Shown piece by piece: positions 24,980-36,846 of a stretch of 37,482 nucleotides of DNA; within the stretch, counting starts at the first letter, position 1, and each line of letters starts with the position of its first letter. This stretch comes from Asterionella formosa. Its lineage: Eukaryota. The notes under the pieces are model-generated. The model had not been told where the DNA came from. It saw nothing but the letters and a program-made list of their open reading frames with translations, and did no database searches. The position numbers and the translations under genes are program-made. The DNA lies in assembly GCA_002256025.1 (NCBI GenBank), contig NKIB01015230.1, forward strand, positions 1-37,482. Direction: 5' to 3'.

Positions 24980-26116
24980 CATATACTCATGATGCCACAC
25001 CTTCCATCATCATGATGCTCCTCCAACTTTCAAGTCCAATGGTCAGATCATTGCAATCCCATTGGCCACAGCATCACCTGCATCTTCAACAGCATGCTGA
25101 TGATCAGAAAGCTGTGCTGCAGCAAGTGCATTCCATGGAATCTGCTCCCCGCGATGGCAAGTGTCGATGTACCATTGAAGCAGCTGTTGCCTTGTATTTG
25201 GTACTGGTGCATCACCCTCAAGTTTATACCAAATTACAAGAGTTTTGAGTTCAGTCAAATTGTATTATTCAATCAGCTTTCCAGTTGCTCTCACAGCATC
25301 AACCTTGTCCACCATTTTTCGAAATCGAATATTTGATCGCTTTTACTTTTCGTCTTGTGCAAGCTGTTGTATATAACTTCTTTTGCATGATCTCAAAGTT
25401 CTGGACCAAGTTGACAGTTACCAGCAGAAAAGTGTAGTCCAGCAGTAATCCTTTTGTGTTGATCTATATTGCAGCCTGTGCTGTTTCCTTTCGTTTCCTT
25501 GCATGATCATCAGCATCTATTCCATTCCTTGCATCTTCTCTCTTGTGAAAGGCAACATTTTTTCTGTCAATGACCCAGAATATCCATCTGTCAGATTCAG
25601 CATTTCAGGAGTTACATTTGAGTTGGTTGTGGATCCAGCACCAAGTGATGAATTGAGTTGAGTGCTTGTATTCTTTATTTCCGCAGTGAGCAGAAGGTTA
25701 TAGTTGAGAGGCCCCCATCCTCGTTCTGAGATTGCTTTTCTGTTTGTTATTTTAGTTGCAAAGCTTTTTTCCCAGGCAGTTGAAACAAGGGCAACAATGT
25801 CAGATTTCTCAATAGCAAAAGGCAAATCATGTTCAGTCTTTTTGGTAAGTAGGTCTCGCTTTGCAACTGTCACTTCCATTTTGAAACTTCCATTCCTCTG
25901 CTCAGACGAATCTCCGACTTGCCAGTAGGAGGTTCTATAAGGGACACCTATGCACACACTCCATCATGGGGTCAAAGGGCTTTTGATACATTCGAGAAAG
26001 GTGCAATCAAATTGGGAGCCATGTCCATCTAGGATGAGGAAAGGGTTTATTCCATCACTGCGGTCAAACAATTCCAAAGAAAAACAACAACACAAAGTGG
26101 GCACATGCTTTCCATT

Positions 26117-26206
<90 letters not shown>

Positions 26207-27708
26207 AGACACAGACACAGACACAGACACAGACACAGACACAGACACACACACAGAGGTCCCTGGGGATATCGCTTTCCTTTGCCAGTGTTTAGGTTGA
26301 AGTCATTCTCATTGCCATACCATTCCACATACGGGTTGAGCCCCTGTACCCAACTAAGTTGAAGCTCTTTGTTGGCAGCAAATATTATAGGACACATCAC
26401 TGGAGTTCCTTTGGCAGCTGTAAATCCCAAGACTGTAAAATGCGCATCCTTCATAGCACTTCGTTGTTGTAGTCTTGCCGCTGTTCCAATACATAACACT
26501 TTCTCACCCCCCTTCTGTCCATCTTTTGCTTGACTGGTGTTACTTCCGACTTCATCAACAAATATGAGTTGTGTTGGGATGCTTCAAAATGCACTTTGTT
26601 TTCATTCCCAGGGCTCCTTCCTCATTTGAAACAACATCTCCTGATTTATTCAACCACACTTCTTCATCCAGCTTTTCCGCAATACCCATCTTGGCCATTT
26701 CTTCATACATGTCTCTATACATCTGCTCAAAGTTCCGTAATGTGCACCAGTCAGCACGCTTCCCATCGAATTTGACACCTTTCTTTGCCTTGACATGAAG
26801 CCAATTGCGAATCATGAATCCCCTCCAGTACCCTGATCCCAGTTGTTTAGACAATGTTGGATCCTCTCTGAATGAAATGCAATGTTTCTGCCTCCACAGC
26901 ACAATATTTTCCATTATGGATTTACCAGACACAAGTGAGTTAGCAAGTTCCAGTCCCTGCTGACATGTAATTGGGACTCGCATTTTGGAGAGTTGGTCAA
27001 TCAGCACAATAATTTATGGCTCAACTTCGAGCATTGTTGGTGACGTTGAAGCTTCGTTTTTTCCCTGGGTTTTTATGCGTTTTGCCCGAGATCTCACTGT
27101 TTCCTATATTTTTTTCAACTCCAGGAGGAATACCAAGCGCCTCTTTTCTCCCCCCAATTATGCAGGCAAGTGTGAATCTACTTGCTTTCTTGTTCTTTTG
27201 CTGCAGTTCTTCTCTAACCCTCATGTATTCTGTGGCTGACTGGACCATGCATTCTTCGATTTTTCTTTGCATCGATGCTGATGCCTTTTGAGTGGTTCCC
27301 TTTGGCTGGCCTCCAGTACTAAGTATGGTGGTCATGGGGACAATGACTGCAGGAACACTAACTGCAGCAGTAGTCATAGTTGTAGAAAATAATTCAATAC
27401 TATTAATAGCATTGACATTATCATCTACTGTCAGCCATGTTGTCATCCTCTTCTCTTGTCAAAGTAGATGTTCTTCTACTTGAATAGTAAAATGAGAGCA
27501 TATCTGCCTGAGAATCTCCTGATAGTATACCCGTGCATGTTGGGGACAGCACTAGCACCTGCCTTTTGTAACCAGTAGTCGACTTTTTTTTGGTCAGCCA
27601 AGGTAAGTATACCTTCTGAGCCTTCACCATGTTGGTAATGGCTCCGTATGGGAGCTTTCCATTATTGTTTGCCTTGATTGCTTCAAGTTCTGTCACAATG
27701 CCAAGCAT
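24980..27708 (-). pseudogene. DDE_1/pogo-like transposase, frameshifted
   Basis: Fragments ELANSLV...GYWRGFM.RN (CENP-B-like HTH), FVDEVGSNTS, HFTVLGFTAAKGTPVMC, PFLILDGHGS, GVPYRTSYWQVGDSSEQ.NGSFK, AISERGWGPLNYNLL. Confidence 0.8.
26119..26255. repeat. Compound (AC)n/(AGACAC)n microsatellite inside the transposase
   Basis: About 40 AC units followed by about 8 AGACAC units. Confidence 0.97.
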
Positions 27709-28740
27709 GTTTTGTTAAATTATGACCTGAGTATAATGAAGTGCTTTTGTCTCTGTCTTGATTTTGGAAGCTCGACTTTTTCTTGACTTCGGCATGGTGA
27801 TGCTGGTTTGCGTGATAGCTGTTTACTGTTTTTCATGTTTTGTGGACTGACAGATTTGTATATATCAAAATCCCCATATTTATTTGCCATCTCTGTGCAA
27901 TTCAATACCAAAAGAAAATCTTTATTGCTGTAATTGTGGTTAACGTTCAGACACTAATTAAATCAATGTCGAAATATTTGTATATATTGTTGTATATTAT
28001 ATGATGATGAGAACTCCAAACTTACCCTAATCCGCGTTCTCTAGGTTTTTTTGGTCAATTCAAAATTTCTGGCAATCTAAAGAGATGAACAATTGACTCC
28101 AAATCTCAAACTAAATACATAGCTGACCAGCCAACATGCTCGAGAAGGAGCCAGAACTCTCAGAATTTACATTTACTTAAGTTTTGATAGCAAAACGTGT
28201 TATTCTGCATTCAATGGGTCATGGCAGTTTTTTACTGGTACCCTTGTAACTTGCACTATTTTAGGTACCAGGTACCAGGTACCGGAAGTTACCATTTTTT
28301 ACAACAAACTACCAGGTACCAGCAGTACCAGGTGGTGCCGGTACCTTTGTAGATTTTGAATTGCTTTCGTATACCGGTAAGCATACCGCTACGCATTCAT
28401 TCCGAACATCATATGATATGTAGAAACAAGTGACGATCCTGACGAATAAAAGCGTTTCTAGTTTATACGGACGCACTCGTGGCCCTCGGATCCTTCTTGA
28501 AATGTCTGATGCATTGAGAGATAATTACCAGTAGCCACTCGGCGGTGACCAACTGAATCTGGACCAACAGCCAATCAATACCACTTGTTATCGATCAATG
28601 TATTCTCATCAATCAGTTGAAAATGGCAGTTCCCGTTGAATAGAAGCATCTTCCCATTAAAACAAATAAGGTACCTGACTAATGAGTCGTTGCATGAATG
28701 TAATCGCAACAATACAATTAGAGTTTACATTATGTGCAGA

Positions 28741-29265
28741 TTACCCAAGTGTGGGAACCAACCATATTATGCAATTCTGGTCAGTAAAAACTCTGACGCG
28801 TTTCTTATAGTAGTTGGCTGCATATGGAGTCCCTCCAGGGATAATGACAACCTGCGTAACGCAGGGTTCCTCGCTTCGAATCTTGCTAGAGGCATATTTG
28901 CAGTGTACACCTTTTAATTCAGGCCAAGAACTCTTGCGAAATACGCCTGTACAATAGCCAGGCGTTGCTTGAATAATTGGAATGTAAACGGGTTTACTTG
29001 CAGGAGATTTCGTCACAATGAGGTTACGTTTACGAAGTGCTGGAGGAGTTTCCTCCTTCACAGCATCCATCTCCTTGACAATAACTGCTGTATCAGCGCG
29101 GGTTTCTTCCTGTTTCATGGGTGTGTGGTTGCGGACCCGTCGCACTGCTCGACTGGAACCAACTTTCTTGTCAGTAATCGCCTCGTTTGAACTGTCCTTG
29201 GTCCCAGCCAGGGTGCCGAGAAGCAAGGCGGAAAGGACAAAAAGCTGTAGCACTCGTCGCATCAT
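28741..29265 (-). CDS. Secreted potato inhibitor I family (MEROPS I13) protease inhibitor, 174 aa
   Basis: ATG at 29265, signal peptide MMRRVLQLFVLSALLLGTLA, LRKRNL site, TKSP linker, and C-terminal KSSWPELKG...IIPGGTPYAANYYKKRVRVFTD...VPTLG matching the WPEL.G / RVR / P..G signature. Confidence 0.88.
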   Translation of the reverse strand: MMRRVLQLFVLSALLLGTLAGTKDSSNEAITDKKVGSSRAVRRVRNHTPMKQEETRADTAVIVKEMDAVKEETPPALRKRNLIVTKSPASKPVYIPIIQATPGYCTGVFRKSSWPELKGVHCKYASSKIRSEEPCVTQVVIIPGGTPYAANYYKKRVRVFTDQNCIIWLVPTLG

Positions 29266-29844
29266 TGATACTATTCGGGAGGGAGGGGGGTTGAGGGGGG
29301 GATTCTTTAAGAGTAGTAATGAAGTGAGGTTTAGTTGGCCTGTGGACGTAAGAGACGGAACGACGGAACTACTCAAACTACCAGTGTATACAGTACGCTA
29401 ATCCGATGATTTTCAAAATTATGGAGGATATGTTTCTCTTTTCAGGCATGTGGAATACCGGCATGTAATTAAGTACCAGGTACTCAATAATTACCTGCCG
29501 GTACACATACGCACTCCGCTACAATTTTCATTCTCTCACCTGTTTGACAAATTTCCAAAAATTGGGCTTACACATGCATTGTTTACAAGATCTGCTTTGC
29601 CAACTCCGTCCAAGGTTTGACAGCTTACGTGTGTCGTAATACTCAAACCATTTATGAAATTAATCGTCGAAAGGCGGCCGGGCAGCATCATCAATTTTCA
29701 TAGGGTGCTCACCATTCAAAGTCTACGTTGTTCGAATCTTTCACCAATCCGAATAGTGCCTTCGACAAAGGACCATTCAAACAAAGCGGAGTATAAGACT
29801 GCCGCCAAAAATCGGAGTGTTTCCTGGTTATCAATTGGCGATAA

Positions 29845-30070
29845 GTACCTGGTCCTACCGGTATTATGTACCTCGTACCAGGGAGTACCAGGTACCAGGT
29901 ACCTGGTAATTTTTACAGTACCAGGTACCAGGCACATGGTTCCTACTACACGATAGAATTAAGGGTGAACCAAAATACCGGTATACAGTACGGTACGAAC
30001 AGTACCTCGTACCTGGCAACACCAGGTTTTTTGTATTGCGTCTTGGTACAGGGTACCAGGTACCTGGTAT
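29845..30070. repeat. TACCAGG / GGTACC-rich low-complexity cluster (also about 24498-24542 and 28263-28345)
   Basis: Repeated taccaggtaccaggtacctggta motifs in both orientations. Confidence 0.75.
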
Positions 30071-32049
30071 TGTTTCGTTTGGACGATCGTATGGTGCTGA
30101 AATCCGTTTTCAACTTCCAAATTTTATTCATGTAAAATGATATTTACCTATTTGTCGAGAGTATGCTGAAGGGCGTGCTGTATCGATGAGCGCAATACAC
30201 ATGTACCGGTATGTTATGGATCCCGACGATATTTTCGATTTGCCTTATCTGATTTATGTAGCATGCCTTATACAGAGAAGTAAATCACCACAACCAGCCG
30301 AAGTACCGGGTACTGGTACCGACAACTTTGTCATTCGCATTCAAAACCAACTGAAGTTGTAAAATCAGAAAACGTCACATGGCTGACGAAATTTCTATGG
30401 TACGCACACAATAAATAAGTATACATGATCATACAACGACCGGAACGAATCCTAATACCGGTAGTCAACTTTCAAAGACAATTTTTTAGCGAATAGAAAT
30501 AGTAGTACTGGTGGTTATGTTAAATAGTGGCGCTTCTTCCTCCCACACCCCAGTACTGCCCAGGAATTACCAGTCAAGAACTTTCAAAACACACCGCTTG
30601 CTGGCAAAAATAATACTGTGGTTTATTTCCATTCAGACACTCCTCAGAACAGCCTAACAGACACATTCTGACATACCGGTACTTGCTCAAACCGGTTCAT
30701 AGTAAAATTGAAGTGTTGGGTATTCTTCACATTTTCATATCATGGAAAGCAGCAATGGACTATGGTTGTCAGCATTGAGTTAGGTGCTTGTTTTGAATTG
30801 GTAATTATGAGCTTAACAATTAGTGTTTCTATATTACTGGTAGCTCATAATTAATGGGATTCACTGTGGACTCACAAGGACCTTGATGGGTACATACTAG
30901 TTGTCAAGAGTACTAGGAGCTTCTTGGAATCTAGGTCCTCTTTGACATCACATGGAGCACTTGTCAACACGGATGGGATTTAGATGTCAAGGCAAAATGA
31001 AATGAATTTTTACAATTTTAGTCTAATTAGTAAGCTAAATATATATATTGCAATAATCGTCAACAGAAAAGGAAAAATCACCCCTTGGCAAATAGCGCTG
31101 CAAAAAGACTCTCTCAATATTGACTATAACTGGTATGCCTTCTGCATGGAGGTTCTCCAACACAGGCAATAGGCACCCACCAGAGAAGGGTTACCAGTGA
31201 AAGTCAATATTAAGAAAGTTAGAAATTGCCTCCAAGACGTCATTGTCACCATGTGCGAAAAGGGGCGATTTAAAATTACTAAGTAATTATAAAATGACAT
31301 TATTTTCGATGATGAATATTCCAAGTTCTTGTATAGTAGCTCATTAGAAACACACTCATTTGCTCACCATTGAGAACGACAACAACTTTGTTGCTGATGC
31401 CAGTCCATGCAAAGCATTCTTGTTCAATGCCACTTCTGTACTGTCATTCGATGCTTGCCAGTGCTTGCATGGTAGAAGCCTTGCTGGTTCTCTTCCGGAA
31501 CAAGAAGACAATTAGGAAGTTGGTAAGCTCATGTCTTCTTAGGCAGCACCATCATCTTTGTTACTGTTGCATGAATATCTTGTCATTTTTATTGAGTTTG
31601 TAAGAATAAGCACAGTGGATGGTGGTTCCATTACACTTTTTGCAAAATAGTGTCCGAAAATGAACAATGAGTAAGTCAAGGGAACTCGGGACTACCTTGT
31701 TGAGCAAATATGTAGAAAATCAATAATCGATTCTATCAATACTAGATAATTTTCCTAAGTAACTTTAAATGACTTTTTTTGTTAACTGAAAGGAAAGTCG
31801 AAAGATATATTCAATTTCATGTGCTACTGTTGAAACTGTCAGTGATTCGGATGCAGAATGTATCCAATTTAGTGAGGACCTTATCAAAATGGCTCACGTC
31901 ATCCAACAAACATGCCTACTACGTTGTAATACAATAGTATATCATGTAGACAACTGGTACTCTGTAATAGTGTCTATGTAATTCACATGCCATCTGTACA
32001 ACAATTTCACATTATGTCATAATATCTTCAATCATGAGTGCCTCTTGAA

Positions 32050-32811
32050 CTGCCAATGCATTGCCTGCTCGGAACAAAGATTAAGACCTCTCTCTTAGCT
32101 AAGGAGAGTGATTTCGATTCCGTGTTGAATGCAATTATGCTGGCGAAGTTGGCCAGTTTGTATGCTACACAAAGGCCAAAGCTTTGGTCAAAGTGTGTGA
32201 CAGGGTGTCAAAAAAACTGTTCTTAATCATGTCTTCAAGCCTTCTGAAATCAAGAAAATTGTTCTGTGAGAAAATTCTTCTCCTTTATCTGAATATTTCG
32301 AGTCGATTTTGGACGAGGATGAGGTGTGGATCAAGATTAAGATTGTTCAGATTGCCGCATGCTTCGTTTCTTGTGGTCTTAATCACAAATCGCCCATTCT
32401 TATCGATTACTTTCGTGATTTTTTGTACGCCGCGCAACTTGAGCGTACAGCCAGGCATGCGATTGTTATTTATCCTGGCAATGTCAAGTTGGCTAGATGC
32501 CTCGTTTATAAGGTTTGGCCTTTGAACCAATCTGACCTTTTTTCTTCCAAAAGTCGCTAAGGCGATGAAGCAATTCATTTGATTCTTGATAATGACTTCA
32601 TGCTACAGATTGAAGGGGCTTTTCTTACCAAGAATGTTTTTTGTATTTTTCTTTCCTTCCAGACCAAATTTTTGGAACAAAAGATTGCCCTTTTCTTGAC
32701 CTTGGCTTTAAAATTGTTTTTGGGCAAGTCAGAAATGATGGAGCCACAAGATCACTCATTAAGGACACTTTTGGTTTTAAATGTACACTCCATGATTGCT
32801 ATAGGATATAA
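32050..32811 (+). pseudogene. Decayed ORF of unknown function
   Basis: A near-continuous frame FRVECNYAGEVGQFVCY...SILDEDEVWIKIKIVQ...AIHLILDNDFMLQIEG...DCPFLDLGFKIVFGQ can be rebuilt across 2 stops and about 2 frameshifts. No family recognised. Confidence 0.4.
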
Positions 32812-34584
32812 CAGGCAAGGTAACGTCGTTGATTGCCTATGGATCATTCACTGACAACATGGTGATCTCGAACCCTACATCACATGACAACATCGAAATG
32901 TTTTGGAATTTTTTTTGTGAATATAAAAAGTTTTAGGCCAAACAATGTTGCTGTATTATCGACTGCACAAAAAAATATCGCTGCATGAAATTTTTTTTTG
33001 ATCATTCATAAAATTTATTAATCAATAACTTTTTGCGTGTTTGATCGTAAATTTACAAATTGAAACTTATGCATTACACGCTTTTTAAGACCAAGGAGTT
33101 ACATGTGAATATTCATAGCACCACAGCCTGCTGACAAGCCCGTGAGCTTCTATTGTTTTGTTAGTGTAAGTGAGTCTGCACCAACAACCATCTTGCGAAG
33201 CCGCAGTGTTGGAAGAAACTCCGACCGCTGCCTAGGAAGGCAGCACACTGCTTGTAGGAGACAACCCACTTTTCCTTGCAAACCAGGCAAGACCACGTGG
33301 GACAGTGTGGAGTGTGGGAGAGTCAATCCCAACAATTGCTTCTCAAAAAATTGCGGGAATAGAACCACACCACTTCAAATCAAAGGCAACGTGCCCAACA
33401 AACTGGGCCATTCCCCCGATCATAAATATATATATATATACATATATATGATTGATCACAGGGGAACAGCATAGTTGGTTAGTTCATCTTCCTAGGTGGC
33501 AGGGTCGTCGATTCCCGCATTCTCAACCTGCTTTGTTTATGTAGTCTCTTGGGTTCCGGGTGAGGTAGACAAAAAGCAGGTCTAAGTCCCTCTGAGGGCT
33601 CTGGGGGGGGGGGCAAGTGCGACTTGACAACCTCCACAACTGTCAAGTTCTTTAACAATAGCATACTATAAAATTTACTAAATAGTTTTGATATGATTGA
33701 TCACACACATATTTTCATAATATCAAAAAGGTTTTTATGTTATGTTTGTGAAATGAATTGCTGATTACACATTCAGCATGAATCTTTATGATGGTAGCAA
33801 GAACTTACATCATGAAATGTCATCATTGTTCCTGAAAGTGATAAAAATTGATGGGCTAGTAAGTTCTAATGATTTGACCATATGTAACAGCACACTGGCA
33901 GCAAAATTTCAATATTGACTTATATTGTTCTCAGGTTGATATTTATTGTTGTTCTATTTATCTGTAGTAGACAATGATGGTGCTGACAAGTCAGAACTTT
34001 ATAATAGACATACAAAGCAGTGAAGCAACCATATTGCTCCCATTAGTTTGCGGCAACAATGGATTCAATTTTGCAATCATTTCTATAACATATCATAGTC
34101 AATATCCACATTCTCCTTTCAACAAATGCAAATAAGAATTCAAGTTTTATCATGCTGCACCCCACTAGTAGGCTACTTTGCATCACATCATGATCAGTGG
34201 CGAACAAAATACATGAGCAAGTATCAGTGCTTCTGAAGTGACAAATACAGCAAACAACAAAGCACATTCTTTGTTGCAATTACACCACTCACACTCCCCC
34301 CTTCTTTTCGCTCTCCACGACCTGCCATGGCAGTGTGTTTCATGAAATCCAAACTATTTCTGGGTGTTCGGGCTACCAAAACATACCTGATTTCACGAAA
34401 TGCTTATGCTTTGTTGCCTAAAATGCCATGATTTATAGGGGTTTGTGTAATCTAAGTAGTATCTTTGTTGTAACAGGAACCGATCGGTCCAGCCAGAGAA
34501 ACCAGGGGCAATAACTGGAGCACATAACAAATTTTACCCTTTTTTCGTTTCGAGAATCGCATTCCATTTCTTGTTGTCTACTTT

Positions 34585-35031
34585 TCAACCAATGACGGGA
34601 ACATCGAAGACCACACCAGACGCATCCTGAAAAATTCGAACACGATTGATACTATAATCCTGCGATACCGCGCCTCCTTGTGGGACAATCTGAATTATTT
34701 GCACACAAGGTTCGCTAGCTCGAACCAGAGAGGCGGCAACTGTCGCCACTTTCCCAACAGCTTCAGGCCATGACTTCTTTTTGGGTATACACGTCGTCTT
34801 AGCAGAAGGCTTCTTCGTGGGACGCTGCATAGGACCGGAGAGAGTCTTTGTGGGAGCTATTGTTAATTTAGAAATTTTCGTTGGTGCTTTGGTCGGCGCT
34901 TTTGTTACATAGAGGACGCGTTTCCGAAGGGAAGCCGAAGATTCCACCTCCTTGCTGCCGAAGACAGGATTGCAACAGATAAGCAGCACTGCAAGCACGG
35001 CAAAGGTGAGTTGACTAAGGTTTGCTGTCAT
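34585..35031 (-). CDS. Secreted potato inhibitor I family (MEROPS I13) protease inhibitor, 148 aa
   Basis: ATG at 35031, signal peptide MTANLSQLTFAVLAVLLICCNPVFG, LRKRVL site, TKAPTKAPTK linker, and C-terminal KKSWPEAVG...VPQGGAVSQDYSINRVRIFQD...VPVIG. Confidence 0.9.
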   Translation of the reverse strand: MTANLSQLTFAVLAVLLICCNPVFGSKEVESSASLRKRVLYVTKAPTKAPTKISKLTIAPTKTLSGPMQRPTKKPSAKTTCIPKKKSWPEAVGKVATVAASLVRASEPCVQIIQIVPQGGAVSQDYSINRVRIFQDASGVVFDVPVIG

Positions 35032-36018
35032 TGTGTCGAAGTAAGGATGGAATGGCTGAACAAAGGTGGTGACGTTGTGAAACAAGAATGCGATTTTGTG
35101 AGGTGATGTCTGGAGGAACAATTCTTTGTCCCACCAGGGACACAACCACGTCGACCGGCCGCGAGAAAATCCCAGGTTAGTTGTACGTACACATTTCGTA
35201 TATCACCCAAGAGGACAAATGCAAAATGGCGGGAAAACAGCATTGGCCGAGATGTACGTTGTCGATGAATGCATGTGTTCATGCAGGTCATGAATGCAAA
35301 AAACGGTATCCGTACGATCAAATACATGATATCCCGGTATATATACAACCGATAGTGGTGCGAGGATCAATAATTTTTACATGGGGAATTACCGGTATTG
35401 TCATGAACGAAGAGGGATGAGAGTTGATAATAACGTCTAAATAAACACTCATTAAGACGCATTTTTTTGAATGTAAGCCGAGACCCTCAGTACGGTGTGT
35501 ATGTAAGATCAATTCTCCGATTGTTCTATTTTCTACAGCATGTACGGTAGTCTACTGTACAAGAGGGAGTGTTGGAGAACCAGGTACCAATGTGGCAGTC
35601 GTGTTGTGAAATTGCGCAGATTTGAAGCGATTCAAATACAGTGCCGTAATTGGTAAAATTTAAACTAAGTTGTATTTTCCTGTGGGCCTCTGGTATGTGT
35701 CTACCAGGTCATTTTAATTCTGGCAAGGTATTGCTGATCTGAAGATATAAGTGGAAGGACCGTGTTACAAGGGTGTCATGATCGAATTATTAAACCCTGT
35801 TTCACTGCGGGTTTAAATTTTGGGTTGTTCGCACGATCATCGTACATAGGAATAATATACACTGTAGGAGTACATTTTATCTATTACGCACACTGTAGCT
35901 GTACCACATGGTATCGTTACACAAAAGTTAAACCCCATCCCCATTCATGTACCATTGGTTGTCACAAGTTCTCACATCCGGAGGTCACTGTTCATCTTTT
36001 TTATTACCATAAAAAAAC

Positions 36019-36110
36019 CAATGGTGTTGTTGAATTCAACTGCAGTCATGATAGCTGTCCTACATGCCAAGACCGGTTGATTTTAGAGTCGGAAGTGGAG
36101 GGATGTGAGG
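36019..36110 (+). repeat. Dispersed repeat copy 2 (NGVVEFNCSHDSCPTCQDRLILES)
   Basis: Homologous to 5888-5982, same strand. Confidence 0.8.
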
Positions 36111-36149
36111 ATTGCATCTTCTGTGAATGCTGTGAATTTTTGTTGCCCT

Positions 36150-36846
36150 GAATGTCAGTGTTGATAGGATGAATTTGGAAGGTGATTAAATTCTCACAAG
36201 AATGAAGGCTGATGATTCAAGCATCTCCAGAATGCCACCACACATCAGCATCTGTTTTCATCTAATGATGTTCAACAGGAATAATTATAATTGGTTCTGA
36301 TTCATTGCTCCTGCCCATCTTTCGCTTTTTTGGCCATTCCAATCCATCTCCATTGCCATTGTTGACAGCATCATCCATCACTATAATTTCTTGTTCAAAT
36401 TTTTTCGTTGACAATGGCTTACTCTGAGTGCCTGCTAAAAGCCTTGTCAATCCACAATCTTGCTCCCATGATGACGCTTTCAACTGTGAAGGGAGGACAG
36501 GAACGAATTTCAATTTGGTGGTGACAAAGAAGAAATAGCGATGTTTCCGATTTTGGAAGGAATGCCTGTATACTTGCACTTGTTGGCCACCTTGAATCTC
36601 TAGAATGAGCATGTTTGGTGCAGAACTCATGAGAGGAAGCACCTTGTTGACCACCCTTATCATCAAAGCTAAATTAAACTGTGCTGCATCCTCAATTGAG
36701 TATTTCTGGAGCATGTATAACCGCAATTGGTCTGCTGTTAGCCAGCGATCATGAAGCGCATGTTCGCTTATGGCAGCCTTGAAACAAGTCAATATAAATG
36801 GATGGGTGCATTGTTTGCCATGTGCACCGATTTCTCTTTGGCTCAT
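36150..36846 (-). pseudogene. 5' portion of an ORF reading inward from the right TIR; possible transposase N-terminus
   Basis: ATG at 36846, about 510 bp inside the TIR. 194 codons include an NLS-like PKKRK. The frame continues past the TAG (MKTDADVWWHSGDA*) and then degrades. No DDE motif is seen. Confidence 0.45.

Larger units (their letters stand above)
24652..28246 (-). mobile_element. pogo/DDE_1-like (Tc1/mariner superfamily) DNA transposon with both TIRs
   Basis: TIR gggtaccagtaaaagactgccatgacccattga (24654-24686) is inverted at 28211-28243 with 1 mismatch. TA flanks both sides (24650-51, 28247-48). A transposase pseudogene lies inside. Confidence 0.85.

Noticed and set aside
25950..26300. 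ORFs with HTHT/CVCV/VSVS runs
   Set aside because: These are translations of the microsatellite.
29018..29401. Plus-strand ORFs overlapping real genes (also 494-769, 4238-4822, 19056-19256)
   Set aside because: These are antisense shadows of minus-strand coding sequence.
32050..32811. Fanzor/TnpB-like nuclease
   Set aside because: No RuvC motifs or C-terminal CxxC zinc finger are recognisable.
33120..33660. GC-richer patch with a G-run and short ORFs
   Set aside because: No consistent frame or recognisable family.
35562..35600. agagggag-TGTTGG, resembling a PPT plus LTR start
   Set aside because: No partner LTR or adjacent pol sequence was found; too short to support.
35765..35815. tacaagggtgtc..., resembling the pogo-like terminus TA-CAAGGGTACC
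   Set aside because: No matching inverted partner was located in the window.
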